From: Geosiphon pyriformis uo1
Lineage: Eukaryota > Fungi > Glomeromycota
Length of the DNA: 64,000 nucleotides
Assembly: GCA_016748015.1 (NCBI GenBank)
Contig: JAAOMT010000328.1
Coordinates: 574,955-638,954 of the forward strand
Reading direction: 5' to 3'
Below the pieces are notes generated by a model. That model was not told the origin of the DNA. It did no database searches and worked only from the letters and a program-made list of their open reading frames with translations. Both the position numbers and the translations under genes were made by a program. This document shows positions 51,216 through 64,000 of the stretch, one piece after another. Every line of letters starts with the position of its first letter. The first letter of the stretch is position 1.

Positions 51216-53926
51216 ACATCATCACTTACTTGGGATACTTCTATAAAAATTTGTACCAAATACAAGCAATTGATGTAAATTACTTCACAGCACTACAAAT
51301 TCTAAACCAGTTTATTTATGGTCTGTAAAGTAGTCTTCTATAATGCATATGTCCATTATATCTACAAACACTTCAAGATACAGTTACATATATCCGAGAT
51401 TTTGAATCAGCAGAGCTGAAAGCCAATTATGTCCAAACTGTTAATTTAATAATGAATGGATTATTTGACTTAAACTTTAAGTTGAAACAATTCAGTAATT
51501 CTATCAATCAGAAATTAAAGAAATATTTAGCTAACAATCAAGTAATTTATTAATCTTTACAATATTGTAACAATTCAAGAAACTTTAATTGATTCCAAAA
51601 TCAGTTACATTTTTTATCCTCAATCAATTAACTATAACAGCAAAAGATACATATTTGCCATAATTGTGGTAAACAAGATTATTTAAGAGCTAATTGTCAT
51701 GTTAGAATTAATAATTAATAATTATGAAATCAATATTAAAATTCTAATTGCTGGTTTTAAATTTTAAATTATACTTAGAATCAGAAACCATATTAATCTT
51801 ATTACATCTTAATAATACAACAACCAATATATTTACCTCTAGTGTATTAAGTTCCAGCACCAGTTATCTATAAGACACAGCCACAAACTATCTATCAGCT
51901 ACAGCCACAAATCATCTATTAAATCTTACCAATTTAAATACCAAATTAGATATTATTTGGCAATCAAAGACCAAAAATTACTCAACATAATTGGAAATTG
52001 ATAATAGTAATATACCAGCCAATTTTCAGTTCTTTAAATCAACTATTAGGATTATGTTAGTAAAGTTTGAGAAGTGAATACACCTAAAACCCAAATTCTC
52101 AGAACTATTTAAGTTACTTAGTTATCTTAGAAAATGCCTAATCCAACAACCAAGAACCCAATCAAAATCAACTACCTACTAACAACATCCCATTAATAAC
52201 TATTACTAAAGATAAATTACTTACTACAATATTTTTTTTTGAATTCAAAGAACCAAATAAAACACTATTATTTAGTAAAGCTGCTTTTAATACCAAATCA
52301 ATTATTGCAATATATACTGACACTAAAGTTGTGTTATCTTATCAAGCTAATTCTTAATAATGATTTAGCAGACAGCATTATTATATACCAACTTATAGAC
52401 CAATTAAGTCACCAAGTTAATTATGCTGTTAACACCAAAATTATTATTGCCAATAAAGTAACAAAAATACTTATTGGTAAGATTGATAACTTTTTATTTA
52501 AAGTTAATAGTCTAACAGTATCAATCAAAGTGTTAATAATAAAAGTCACACAATACCAAGTACTTATTAGTAATAACTGGCTGTTTAAAACCAATATTAA
52601 GCTTGACTGAAATACTCAGAAGCTACAGCTCAGTCAAGATAATTTGCAAACTTGGGTATTTGCTACTTACAGCTATTTCAAATCATCTACCATGCACTTA
52701 CTAATAGAATTTAAGAAAAAAAAAAACCTACTGAAGAAGCTTATCAAGTTTTATGAGTCAACAAAGACTACAATAAACTACTACCTATTCTAATTTGAGA
52801 AAAAAAGAAAAAAGAAAAAAAAAACAACTTCAAACCATCATTTCAACATATATTCTATATAATACTACATTACCAAGACAACCAATTTATTGCCAACCCA
52901 AATTAATCTGCATTAATTGTGATAAAAAATTGTTAATAATAAACAGATGTTGTAGTAATAATAAAAAATAGCCAATAGCAACCAAATATTATTGTTATTC
53001 ATGCATTCTTAAACACTTTGAATGACCTAAATAACAAGAAAAATGGAACAATAAGCTTTGTTTTACATGTAAAACAATTTTTTTTGATGAAAAAATATAG
53101 AACAACATTCTTGAGTGAGAAGAAACATATGATAAATCATGTTAATATACAATTTTAATTAACAATTGGATATAAAAAAAGACTCCAATTAATGCCATCT
53201 GAAAACAAGTACTGAGATAATTGAAAAGTTATCCACATAACAAGCATAAGATCTGGAGAATGGTGAGTGTTAAAGTAGAAGGTGCTTTAATTAGTAAAAT
53301 ACTGAAAATCAAAAACAATCTATTAACACTTTTTGAACCCAAATTTGTTCTAACTTTTAACTTTAATAATGATATTATGGACAATCTCAAGTAATTCTAT
53401 AAGCATTACCAAGACTTAGTATCAACTTGTAAAAAACAAAAGCAAAGACTAGAACAATTAAATACAAGACTATATAGACATTGCTTAATTTCCAGTGACT
53501 TCAAATATTGTGGTGATTGTGATCTTATTTACAATCTACCATCTTACATTATTTATTTGATCTCTAAAAAAAAAGAACCAATTAGTGGGTACACATCAAA
53601 ATCAGAATTGAAAATTGATTGTGATTTAAACTTCAATAATAACAACAATAATAGTTCCAACTTCATTTACTATAACAATAACAACAATAATTCAAACTCT
53701 AATCACAACTCTGAACAATATATTGTGCTTTCAGATCTTTTTATAAAACAAAAATTAAAATGGTTCAGCAATAATAATAAAAGTACAGTAAACTCTCTTT
53801 ATAATCACACCTTTTAGTCAGCACATTTGTGGTGACTATAGAGAGATAAGACTATAAAAAATAATTAATATCTTATTATATGATCTATATATTACATGCA
53901 TAATATAATAACCAATTATATATATT

Positions 53927-55468
53927 TTATTTAAAAAAGCTATCTATTTGCAACTGTTTTTTTTCTTTTTGAACTTTGAGAACAGTATTATAAATTAATG
54001 TTTTCAAAGTTTTAAAAAAGTCTGAATCAACTTTTTCACTATACTGCTCTTTACAATAGCACAATGTATCTTTAAGTACAGTTTTACTTTGATGTATAGA
54101 TAGTAAAGACAAAGATTTATTTTTATCTTTACTTTCTAAATCTTTATTTGCATTAAAATTTTCACTATACTTAATAAGATTCACAATTTTATCCTCTGAA
54201 ACATAAGTGAATAATGGTTCAAACTTGTCAATATTAATAAAGTCTATTGCCAATAGCTTGTCAATATTAATGTGCTCAATAAGAACTTGTACTTCTTGTA
54301 GGAGTTTTTGTTCAATATCTAATAGATGGGCTGGCATTTGACTATTATTCAGAATTCCCATATGATGCCAACAGTTTTGGATTGTAGTTGTTATTACCAT
54401 TAACTATGCATCAATTAGAAAGTCAACTGCATCTTTTAATATTACTGTTGATATTAGAATCTTGCCATTATACTAATTAATAAGATAGAAAAGAAACAAC
54501 TTTCGGTATTGTATCTTAAAAAATACAATAATTCCTGCATCTAATAGTTGCAAATAGGATGTTGTATTAGATGGTAAGTATCTAATTATAATATTAGATA
54601 ATATGGAAGGTTTTCTATCATGAAGACTAACATTATCAAGCAATAGCAAAATCTTTTTTTTTTTGTGATGCATTTCTTCATTTAATGAATTAAATCATTC
54701 ACTAAAAATATTGGTTTGTATCCATGCTTTTGTATTGTAACAATAAGTGATTGGAAATGCATTTATATTAATATTGCAAAAACATTGTAACTTTACAGCT
54801 TTGCCGATAATTAAAGGCTGCAACTTGATACTGCCTGTTGCATTACAAGCAAAAAGTATGATAATTCAACTCTTATTATGCTTGGTGCCAGAAGTAGATC
54901 TTGTTGTCAAAGTTGCATTTGGTGGCATTCTAAAGAATAATGCTGTCTCATTAACATTGTAAACATTATTTAGATCATATTTACTGATAATCTTATGCAG
55001 TTTTTCTCATTCTTCCAAGAGGACACTGTTTGCTTTACCATGCATCTTAATGTAGTGCAAATTATGACGTTTCTTGAACTTTTCTAACCAATCATCTGAT
55101 GTTTTAAAGTTATTTTCTTCTGGAAACTTTTCAATAAACTTGAGGGCTTTTGTTTGTAAAATTTTTCTAATAAGAATACAGTTGGTAGCTAGTGCTTCAA
55201 GCATTTATTCTCTCAGTACATTATTTATTTTCAAAAACATCTCTTTTTTGTCCTTTGTCAATTAACCAGAGTTGCCAGATACATTTTTTTCAATCTATTA
55301 GTCTGATTTTACAAGTATCTTTGTTACAGTGAAATGGTCAATCTTTAGATTGAATATTTTGATAAATCTATTTGCTGAGTAGTCAGGATGCTCTAGTTTG
55401 TACTGGCAGAGAGCCTTTTTAATCTCCAAAAAGATTGCTGCTTGCTTTTGGTTTGCATTTTTTGGCAT
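53927..55468 (-). pseudogene. pogo-family transposase (CENP-B/Tc5 HTH plus DDE_1, DD31D)
   Basis: ATG at 55468; ORFs 55007-55204, 54473-54673 and 53927-54400 are all in the ATG frame (514 codons). Motifs SDDWLEKFKKRH, NVNETALF, LLDNVSLH..LPSNTTSYLQLLDAG. Confidence 0.93.
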
Positions 55469-56399
55469 GTTAATAAGAACACACTTTTTATTGTATTTTG
55501 CTTTTATAACATATTGATGTATCTGTTATGTCTCAAACATTATTTTGTCTTATATCTAATTGGACATGTGAAGTGTCTCAGATTATAAAAAGTGGCCAAA
55601 TTATAAAAATAAAGGTTTTAATCCAACTGTAGGATTCTAAGTACAAATGACAGATTCTTGGTAAAAAAAAACCTAATTTCAATAATGCATTTGTGCTACT
55701 TTTTGCCTCTTACCCCAAATACAGCAATGTTTATATCAATCATGTAAACATTACAGCTAATAGAAGTGGTTGACAATTTATTTTCCCACTCTAAAAACAC
55801 TTATTGATATGCTTTATGAGTTTATTAATTAAAAACATAATAATAAAACATAAAACATCACAATCCATTTTTAACGCCAATAAGGCAACACATTGTGAAT
55901 TTATTTCATCAGTTATCTATAGTGTTGTATTGGTATTTAATGGCTAAGTCAAGATTTGTTTACGATATAAGATATCTGGAAGCTATAAGAAGAAGCCAGT
56001 TGATTGGACAATCAAGATACATGATATAATAATTGTAATTACAGAGGTAAAGCAGAAGATATCAATTAAGATGTGAGCCAATATATAATTCAACTTTAAA
56101 GCATCCATGCAATGTAATAAAAAACATTTCTATGACATAGCCTTGTGAGAAATTGAGATGTTTGGAATAATTACTGTGAGTGATTGGGTAATTATCAAAG
56201 TAGTTTCAAACAGGATCAATAATAATAGTAAAGTTGAAATATTGTTAAGTTCATGCTCCTCTCTTTTCTTGCCTATTAGTGAGGCAACATTGAATAAAAA
56301 CCTTTTGTGTGGTCAACTTAAAAGCTTGTTTGGTCAGATTAAGTGGAGTTTTGACCAACAAATTGAGTCTCAGGGTTTAGGTAAATAACAATGTATGGA

Positions 56400-57125
56400 A
56401 TTCACTCTTATTCTGATCAATACCACCACACTCATAACAATGACCTAAATTGTACATTGCAGTAAAACTCCCTGCATCAACTGTTTTTTGATATAATTTG
56501 ACCCCTTCACTCTTGTTCTATTAACACCTTTACTATACTCATAGCAATAACTTAACCAATTCATTGCACCAGAATTTCCTGCATCAACTACAATTCAAAA
56601 AAATTTGACCACTTTACTTGTGTCCTAATTGACATATTTGTCATTAAAATAGCAATAACTTATCTAATTCATTGTCCCAGAATTTCTCATATCAGCTGCT
56701 TTTCGATACAATTTAATAGCTTGATCTGTGTCCTGATCAATGCATTTGTCATTAAAGTAGCAATGTCCTAATTGAGTCATTGCTTCAGAATTCCTTACAT
56801 CACTTGCTTTTTGATACAATTTGACAGCTTGATCCATGTTCTGATTGACATTTTTACCATATTGATAGCAATGACCTAATCAAGTTATTGCTTCAGAATT
56901 CCCTGCATCAACAGCCTTTTGATATAATTTGACCTCTTAACTTTTGTTCTAATTGATACCTTTATCATGCTAATAGCAATAACCTAAATTGTTTATTGTA
57001 GCAAAATTCTTTGCATCATTTGTCTTTTAATATAATTTGACAGTTTGACATATGTTCTAATTAATACCTTTGTCATCAAAGTAGCAATTTTCTAATTTAT
57101 CCATTGCTGCAGAGTTTCCAGCATT
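56400..57125 (-). pseudogene. Sel1-like repeat array (7 x 36 aa) carried inside the pogo element
   Basis: 108-bp period, e.g. LGHCYQYGKNVNQNMDQAVKLYQKASDVRNSEAMTQLGHCYFNDKCIDQDTDQAIKLYRKAAD. Confidence 0.92.
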
Positions 57126-57179
57126 TAAACAGAATGGATGGTGAAAATCTAATTTAAGATTTTTACATTTTTAAAAAAT

Positions 57180-57580
57180 ACCTCCAAACAGCCATAACAA
57201 CTAACATGACAATGATAATTCAGTTTGCTTACTTCCCAATAGTCTTAACAATCAATGTGACAATAATAATTCAGTTACTTATCTCCTAATGGCCTCAACA
57301 ATCAATACAACAATAATAATCAGATTCACTTACCTTTGGATGGTTTTAGTAATTAACACAACAATAGTAATTCACTTACCTTTAGACAGCTATGACAATC
57401 TATACAAATATATTAATCAAATTTGCTTACTTCTAAATGATTATGGCAATCAATATAACAATAATAATCAGATTCACTTACCTTTAAATAGCCTCGACAA
57501 TCAATATAACAATAATAATTTATTTCACTTACTTTTGGATAGTTATAGCAATTATCACAGCAATACTAAATAAATTTATT
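57180..57580 (+). repeat. Tandem repeat of about 51 bp (7-8 units) inside the pogo element
   Basis: Unit such as ACAATAATAATCAGATTCACTTACCTTTAAATAGCCTCGACAATCAATATA; reads NNNNQIHLPLNSLDNQY on the + strand. Confidence 0.85.
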
Positions 57581-60500
57581 TAGTGGCTTGAGCAATTATT
57601 CAATATTTGCCACTAAAACAAAGCAGAGCATGCTATTTTACACCAATTTGCTTGTTGTAACTTTTAAAATTATACCAATAAAATAATAAATTAATAAATA
57701 AAGCAAACAATAATAGATTAATATAAGTCTTATTATTGTAATACTTAAATGTAAAATAGGGTCGACATTTTAAAATAATATTTGAAGCATTTTTTATAAT
57801 CTAAGATATCTTACATATCTGATTAAATATGAGATAACATCTAATGTTCATATCTAATATCATATGATTATAGTGTGACTATAGAGAGTGGAAATTACTT
57901 ATATTCTGCTATTATATTTGTGGAGATAGGAACTATAAAGAGATAATATTATATATAAATGGTTTTGGTTTTTAAAAAAATGTGATTATAAGAAGATAGT
58001 AACTATAACCAGAGGGACTATAAAGAGAGTTCACTGTATTATGTCAGAATGCATATATAATACCAATATAAAGTTTGATCTTATGTATCTAAAAAAAAAA
58101 CTGTTATTAAATTGAAACCACATTTATATATCAGTATAAATCTGAAAATAGTACTGGAAATTCTAGCAACAACAATAGTTCAACTAGTTTCTAGATCAAG
58201 TCTAATAAAAAAAAGATTAATATCAGAAAAAAAATAATTAATACAGGATATATAAAAAATATCATTGTAATGCTATAAAATAACTTAAAAAAGAGATATA
58301 TTATTAAACCAAATAAAAAGATAGTATAGACAATATTTCTGTCTCTGGTTAAAATAACTTGGTTAGTCCCAGTAAAAAAAAAAGAAAAATTAAGAATTAT
58401 GGCAAGAGAAATAAGTGGATTTGAATCCACAGGTAGAATAAATGTATCAGTTAATATAGTAAAAAAAAAACCATTAATAAGAGAAAAATTATCTTAACCA
58501 ATTAATTAGTTTCTATTCTATCATATGACTAGTATATATTAGTAATAGAAAGAAAAATGAAAGACCAGTCTCAAATTTTTAAAGCAGAACCAACTATTTG
58601 TAAATCAAAAAAGATTGGAATTACCAATTACTACATACTGGCCAAAAACTATAAACACATCAAAAATTTTATCTACAATACAACTGAAAACACTATTGAA
58701 ATACCAATCAGAACTACTATCAAATACTTAAGCACTAAAGTTAAGAACCAATCACCAAATATCATTCCAGATTTTTTACAACTGTGTAGATATATGAATA
58801 TTATATTACAAATAATATATGGATAAGAAGAATATTATTTGCTTTAATCAAAATAATTAGAACAAATAAACTTGAAAAATTTAATTCTATTTCAATAAAT
58901 ATAACTCAAGATACTACTCAACAATTTCACCAACATATTTGCCAGTAAAAATAAATTTGGCAGAACAGATATTATTTAACATCAAATCAAAACTGGAGAT
59001 ACAATGCTAATAAAACAATGAGCATACAAAATACCATCAACAAGCCATAAGATCATCTGACAAAAAATCAACAGAATGTTGGACAATAAATTAATTCAAT
59101 TATCTATAAATTTATGATTATTATTAGTGATATTAGTCCAGAAAAAGAATGAAAAAATCCACTTTTGTATAAATTACAGAAAGCTTAACAGTATTACTTG
59201 TGGAGACAGCTATTTAACTTTATGGATTTAAGAATTATTCAATACATTTGAAGAAAAAAAATGGTTTTCCACATTAGACTTAGACAGTAATTACTAACAA
59301 GTAATCATAAAACCAAAAGATAAGAAAAAAACTGTATTTATAATCAGAAAAAAAAATTTTGAATTTGATGTTATGTTTTTTGGCTTAATTAATATACCAG
59401 CTATCTTCTAATGGCTAATGGAAATTGTCTATACTGGATTACTATGGAAGTCAGTAGTAATTTATTTAAATAACACCAATATGTTTTCCAAAACATTTAA
59501 TAACTATTTTTACTATTTATAACAAGTATTCAAAAGATTAAAAAGAGCCAAATTGAAATTAAATACAACCAAATGCTTTTTTGACAAAACAGAACTGAAA
59601 TTTTTGGAACATATTATAAGCAAAGATAATATTAAAACAGATCCAGATAAAATTAAGATAGTTAAGAACTTTTCAATACCAACCAATTTGACAGAACTAT
59701 AAGCATTTTTGGAATTTGCTGAATACTACTGTTACTTTATCCAAAACTTCTCCAAACTGGTCTAACTACTTTACTAGCTTTAAACAAAGAATGTGGAAAT
59801 ATGAATGGACTGAAATCCAACAAAAAGCTTTTAATATCTTAAGAAAAAAACTTATTTAAGCACCAATACTGATTTATTTAAATTACAACAAGCCATTTAT
59901 TATTACTACTAATGCATTAGGTTAAGCATTAGGAGCTGTACTACCACAAAAAAAATTAAATAGAAGAGAACATTCAGTGGTATATGTCAGCAAAAGTTTA
60001 GGTTCAGCTGAAAAAAATTATGGAATTCCAATATTAGAACACTTGGCTATCTATTAAACTATTACCAAATGAAAGAAATATTTAAGTCAAATGTTTAATG
60101 TGTATACTGATCACAAAGAATTGACATCAATCCAGAAGCAAAAATTTGAAAACAACCACTATGCAAGATAAAAAATAAAACTATTATCATTTAATTATAT
60201 AATACATTATAAAAAGAGAAAAGAAAACAGAAATACCAATAGTTTGTTACAAATAAAACAAATCTAAAAACATTTTAACCCAAAAATATAACAAAAGATA
60301 AACACACAAAAATATTAACAACTTCAACATTTTATTAATACTCAACAGTTCAAGAAAAAATTATCTCAAAAAAAACAAATTAATATAAAACAGCAAGCAA
60401 AATATTTTATTACTTACCAAAATATATTATACCAAAAAACAGAAAATACTCAGATCAATCACTCAGAGTAATCACAGAATTAGAGAAAAAAACAATACTA

Positions 60501-63222
60501 TTCAATATATACTTAGATTTAACAGCAAGACATTTTTATAAAGAAACAATCATAGAAAAAACCAGAAAAAAATATTATTGGCCATTTATGTATCCAAACA
60601 TCATTCAATACATTTAAAATTGTAATGCTTATCAGAGAAGAAGAGAAACAAGACTCAATAAACCATTAAGACCAATTAAAGTAAAACAACTATTTAATTA
60701 AATTGAAATTAACTTAGTTAAACTATTAACAATAATTAGTAAAGACAATTGTTATATAGCAGTAGCTATAAACTATCTCACAAAATGGCCAGAAGCAAAA
60801 GCAATTTAAAAAGCAAATACAGAATTTGTAGCCAAATTTGTTTACCAAAAGTTGATTTGTTAATACAAATATTCAAAAAAACTACTATCAGATCAAGAAA
60901 CTTACTTTATGAACAGAATATTAACAAAATTAAGTCAAAGATTTGAAATCAAAAAACCATTATTATTATCATATTATCCACAAACCAATGGCTTAGTAGA
61001 AAGATTCAATAGAACATTATATAAAGCAATTTATCAAGATTAGCCAAAAAAACCAGAACAAATAAGATTTGTTTACACTATCAGTATTAGTTGCTTATCA
61101 AACAATAAAGCAAGATATCATACAAGCGACACCATTTAAACTTGTTTATAGTAGAAAAACAATATTACCAGTTGAAATAAATATTTACATATATTCAATA
61201 GAACCAATAACAGAAGCCAACTTCCAAAAAACATTGCTAAGAAGAACATATAACTTAATGGAAACATTAGAAAACAAAAGGCAAAAAGCAGCTGATAATA
61301 TCCAAAAGTCACAAAAAAAACAAAAAAAATAACATAATAACCAATTACTAGATAAACCAGTTAAATTTAGAATTGAAGACAAAGTACTCTTATATTGTAC
61401 CAAAGTAAAAAAACAATAGCATAGAAAATTTGACCTCAAATAGGATAGACCATTTTACATTAAAGAAATTCTAGGAAATAGAGCTTATAAACTATAATAG
61501 AACAACAAAATCTTAGCTAAAGCAATATATAAAGATTAATTAAAACCATATTACAATATAGCATTATTATTTACCAGTAATATTCCACAACTGGAAATAC
61601 AATAAATACTAATTCAATTAAATAAAATTTTATGAAATTTAGAACCAATTATAATTATTAATACAAACATATCAAATTAAAATAGTAAAAAAATATATAA
61701 AAAATTAACATATAACAAAAGCAAAACAAAAAATAGAAATTACTAATAACATCTACTTATTTACATAACAATTGTTTTAACTAAACCAAAACCAACAACA
61801 AAACATAAAAATTACAATTGACAAACTATTCAGTACAAAAATAAAAAGAAGAAGCCAAAATATTCATACAAAAAACACCAAAAATCAAGAAACATAATAA
61901 ATAATATACTAATAAAAGTAAGATTATTAGTAAAAACATCCAAGACAACAACATTATATAAGAAATTAACAAAAAAAAACTAAAAATAATGGACACAACA
62001 ATTTCCAAAAAACTTTTGCTATTATTACTTAGGACAAAATCTTAATATTCAGAATTTATATACAGACAAACCAAAATAATTGTTTAACATGACAATATTG
62101 AATCAACTCAAACAATTTGTGAAAAAGAACAACTTATCTACATAGACACAAGCTATATACCAGTTATAAGCAAAATTTTAAGACTGATTAAAAATACTAC
62201 TGCATTCAACAATGAACACAATAACTATTAATTAATTGGAAAGGATTACCAATACCCAATTCGAAAAATTACAGATCAAAATTTTCCAAATAATTTTCAA
62301 AAAAAAAGTTAGAAAGTTAATCCAAAAAGAAGAGTTAAAAAAATTAAGAGATTTTGATAAAGCTTAATATTAAAAAGAGGAAATAATGTTACTTATAAAA
62401 ATTTAAGAAGTCTTAATAAGAATATAAAATAACTAATTAGAGATAAATATAGTAAGAAAAAAATTTCAGAATTCCTTTCAAGAAATTACAGGATTTCAAG
62501 AATTTCAGGATTCCTTTTAAAAAATTGTAGAATTCCAAGAATTTTAGGATTCTTCTTAAGAAATTACAGGATTTCTAACTAAAAGAATTAAAGAAATCTA
62601 AGAAATCTCATATAATAGTAATTATATATATATAACAAGAGTATTAGAAGCAGAAAAGTAGAATTTTAATTAGAATTAATTTAATTATCCAATACTTTTC
62701 TCTTCAAAAAATAGTTTTCTACAACTTGAAATAAAATCAATCACATATTAATAAAATATCAATTATTATATGAATTTATATTATTGTTGTTTAATTAAGA
62801 AATATTAGTTGCTTTTATTCTATCAACATTTTATGTTAATAGAATTCAATACTTAACCACACTAGACCAATAGTACTTAATCACAGCTATTAACAGGATA
62901 TTAATTTTTTATTTTTTTTTATTTTTTTTATTTTTTTATTTTATTTTGTTGTTTATTAATTAATTAAAAAATTAATGTGCAGAGTTATTAACATCAAAAA
63001 AGACTGGTAAAAAACCCAGAAATAAGAGTAAAAACTCAAAATTTGAAGATAGCTTATCAGAAAGAACCAACAATCAAGCTGAAAAAAAAATTCATGAAAT
63101 ACACTTCTAGAAGAATATTAAAACAATTATTGAATCTTTGTCCCTTATACAAAAAATTTAACCAAAATCTTTAAATCACAAAAACTTTCAGATATTACCA
63201 CCAAGCACCAGTTATTAATCAC

Positions 63223-64000
63223 TGTTATACTTAGAAAAGAAAAAAATAATACATAATAGAAAAAAAAAACACATGATTATCAATTAGCCAATTAAAATAG
63301 AAGAAGAAAAAAAAGGATTTTTCAGGAAATTCTGAATATTTTAGGAAATTCAGGATTAATCAAGAAATCCAAGCTATTTCAGAAAAGTTGAGGATTTTTC
63401 AGGAAATTTTAGATGTTTCAAAAAATCAAAGATTTTGCAGAAAATCTAGCAAAAGAAAAAAAATTTCTCATGTAAAGAGAATTATGTATATATAGTAGTA
63501 GTATTAGAAGCAGAAAAGACAAATCTTTTAGTTTTGATTTCCTTTTCTATCTATTTCCTAATTACTTCAAAGATAGTTCATATTTACTAAAATGAAATTA
63601 TCAAATTATCAATAAAATATTTATCTACATTCAATTTATGTTGTTATCATTTGATTGAAAAATATTTATCAAAACTCTAATTATTAATACTTTATGTTGA
63701 TAGCTGTTGATACTTAACCACACTAGAATAATAGCTCTTGATCATGACTATTAATGAGATACTAATTTTTCTATTGTCTTGGCTTAATTTTCTTGATTTC
63801 TTTTATTTTCTTTCTTTGTTTTTTTTCTTCTTTTATTTTTTGTTTATTGTTGTTTACTAATTAATTAAAGATTAAGCACTAAGTTACAAACATTATAGGG
63901 ACTGGTAAAAGACCTGTGAAACAAAGATAAAACACTCATAGAATTAAAAATAGCTTACCAAAATAATTGCTGACCATTATGCTGAAAAAAAAATTCGATG
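63223..64000 (+). repeat. Family A-related LTR inserted into the U5 of the A5 3' LTR; continues past the window
   Basis: Starts TGTTATAC right after ...TTAATCAC; R-U5 is homologous to family A LTRs, U3 is different. Confidence 0.85.

Larger units (their letters stand above)
53786..58036 (-). mobile_element. pogo/Tigger-type (Tc1-mariner superfamily) DNA transposon, 4251 bp, with cargo
   Basis: TIRs CAGTAAACTCTCTTTATAATC / CAGTGAACTCTCTTTATAGTC, TA TSD (53784-85 / 58037-38), GACTATAGAGAG subterminal repeats; the host dUTPase rejoins. Confidence 0.95.
51216..63222 (+). mobile_element. Family A copy A5 (from mid-gag to a 3' LTR starting at 62387); host of A4 and of the pogo element
   Basis: gag, PR (52239-52610), dUTPase split at 53785/58037, RT/RH/IN, ORF3, PPT AAAAAGAGGAAA. 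Confidence 0.92.

Noticed and set aside
55520-55610. Internal second TIR or composite boundary of the pogo element (weak similarity to 57806-57890)
   Set aside because: The similarity is short and low-complexity, with no CAGT terminus or TA TSD.
56400-57580. CRISPR-like array suggested by the 108-bp and 51-bp periodicities
   Set aside because: The units are degenerate along their whole length with no unique spacers, the 108-bp unit translates to Sel1, no cas genes are present, and the context is eukaryotic.
521-62008. Many short hydrophobic ORFs in the track (e.g. 521-727, 8413-8754, 34917-35201, 44686-44904, 58191-58430) as small membrane proteins
   Set aside because: They are antisense or off-frame shadows of A-rich gag/pol sequence.

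Overview
This is eukaryotic, very AT-rich, almost CpG-free heterochromatin made almost entirely of nested, decayed transposons, with no intact host gene and no RNA gene. The Gag/Pol peptides and Sel1-repeat cargo resemble Glomeromycotina (Geosiphon-like) fungal sequences; this is from recall and was not confirmed by search. Three Ty3/Gypsy LTR families are present. Family A has five nested partial copies. Family B has one full-length copy at 1184-11139 with two 1011-bp LTRs, plus remnants and solo LTRs. Family C has one 5'-displaced copy. Families A and B carry a Cys-rich domain and a dUTPase between protease and RT. In all three families the pol frame stops after RNase H, so integrase sits in its own reading frame, and a homologous accessory ORF lies between integrase and the 3' LTR. 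Three DNA transposons are also present. (i) A TIR element at 24209-30565 has a 5-bp TSD, a DUF6589/Academ-like DDE transposase and a convergent second gene of unknown function; this is the best candidate for an undescribed system. (ii) A pogo-type element at 53786-58036 carries seven Sel1 repeats and a 51-bp minisatellite. (iii) A hAT 3' end lies at 33396-33820. Decay is almost purely C>T/G>A (RIP-like), surviving CpGs are mostly TCGA, and all 13 LTR target sites have a central pyrimidine-purine step. All alignments and translations were done by eye.
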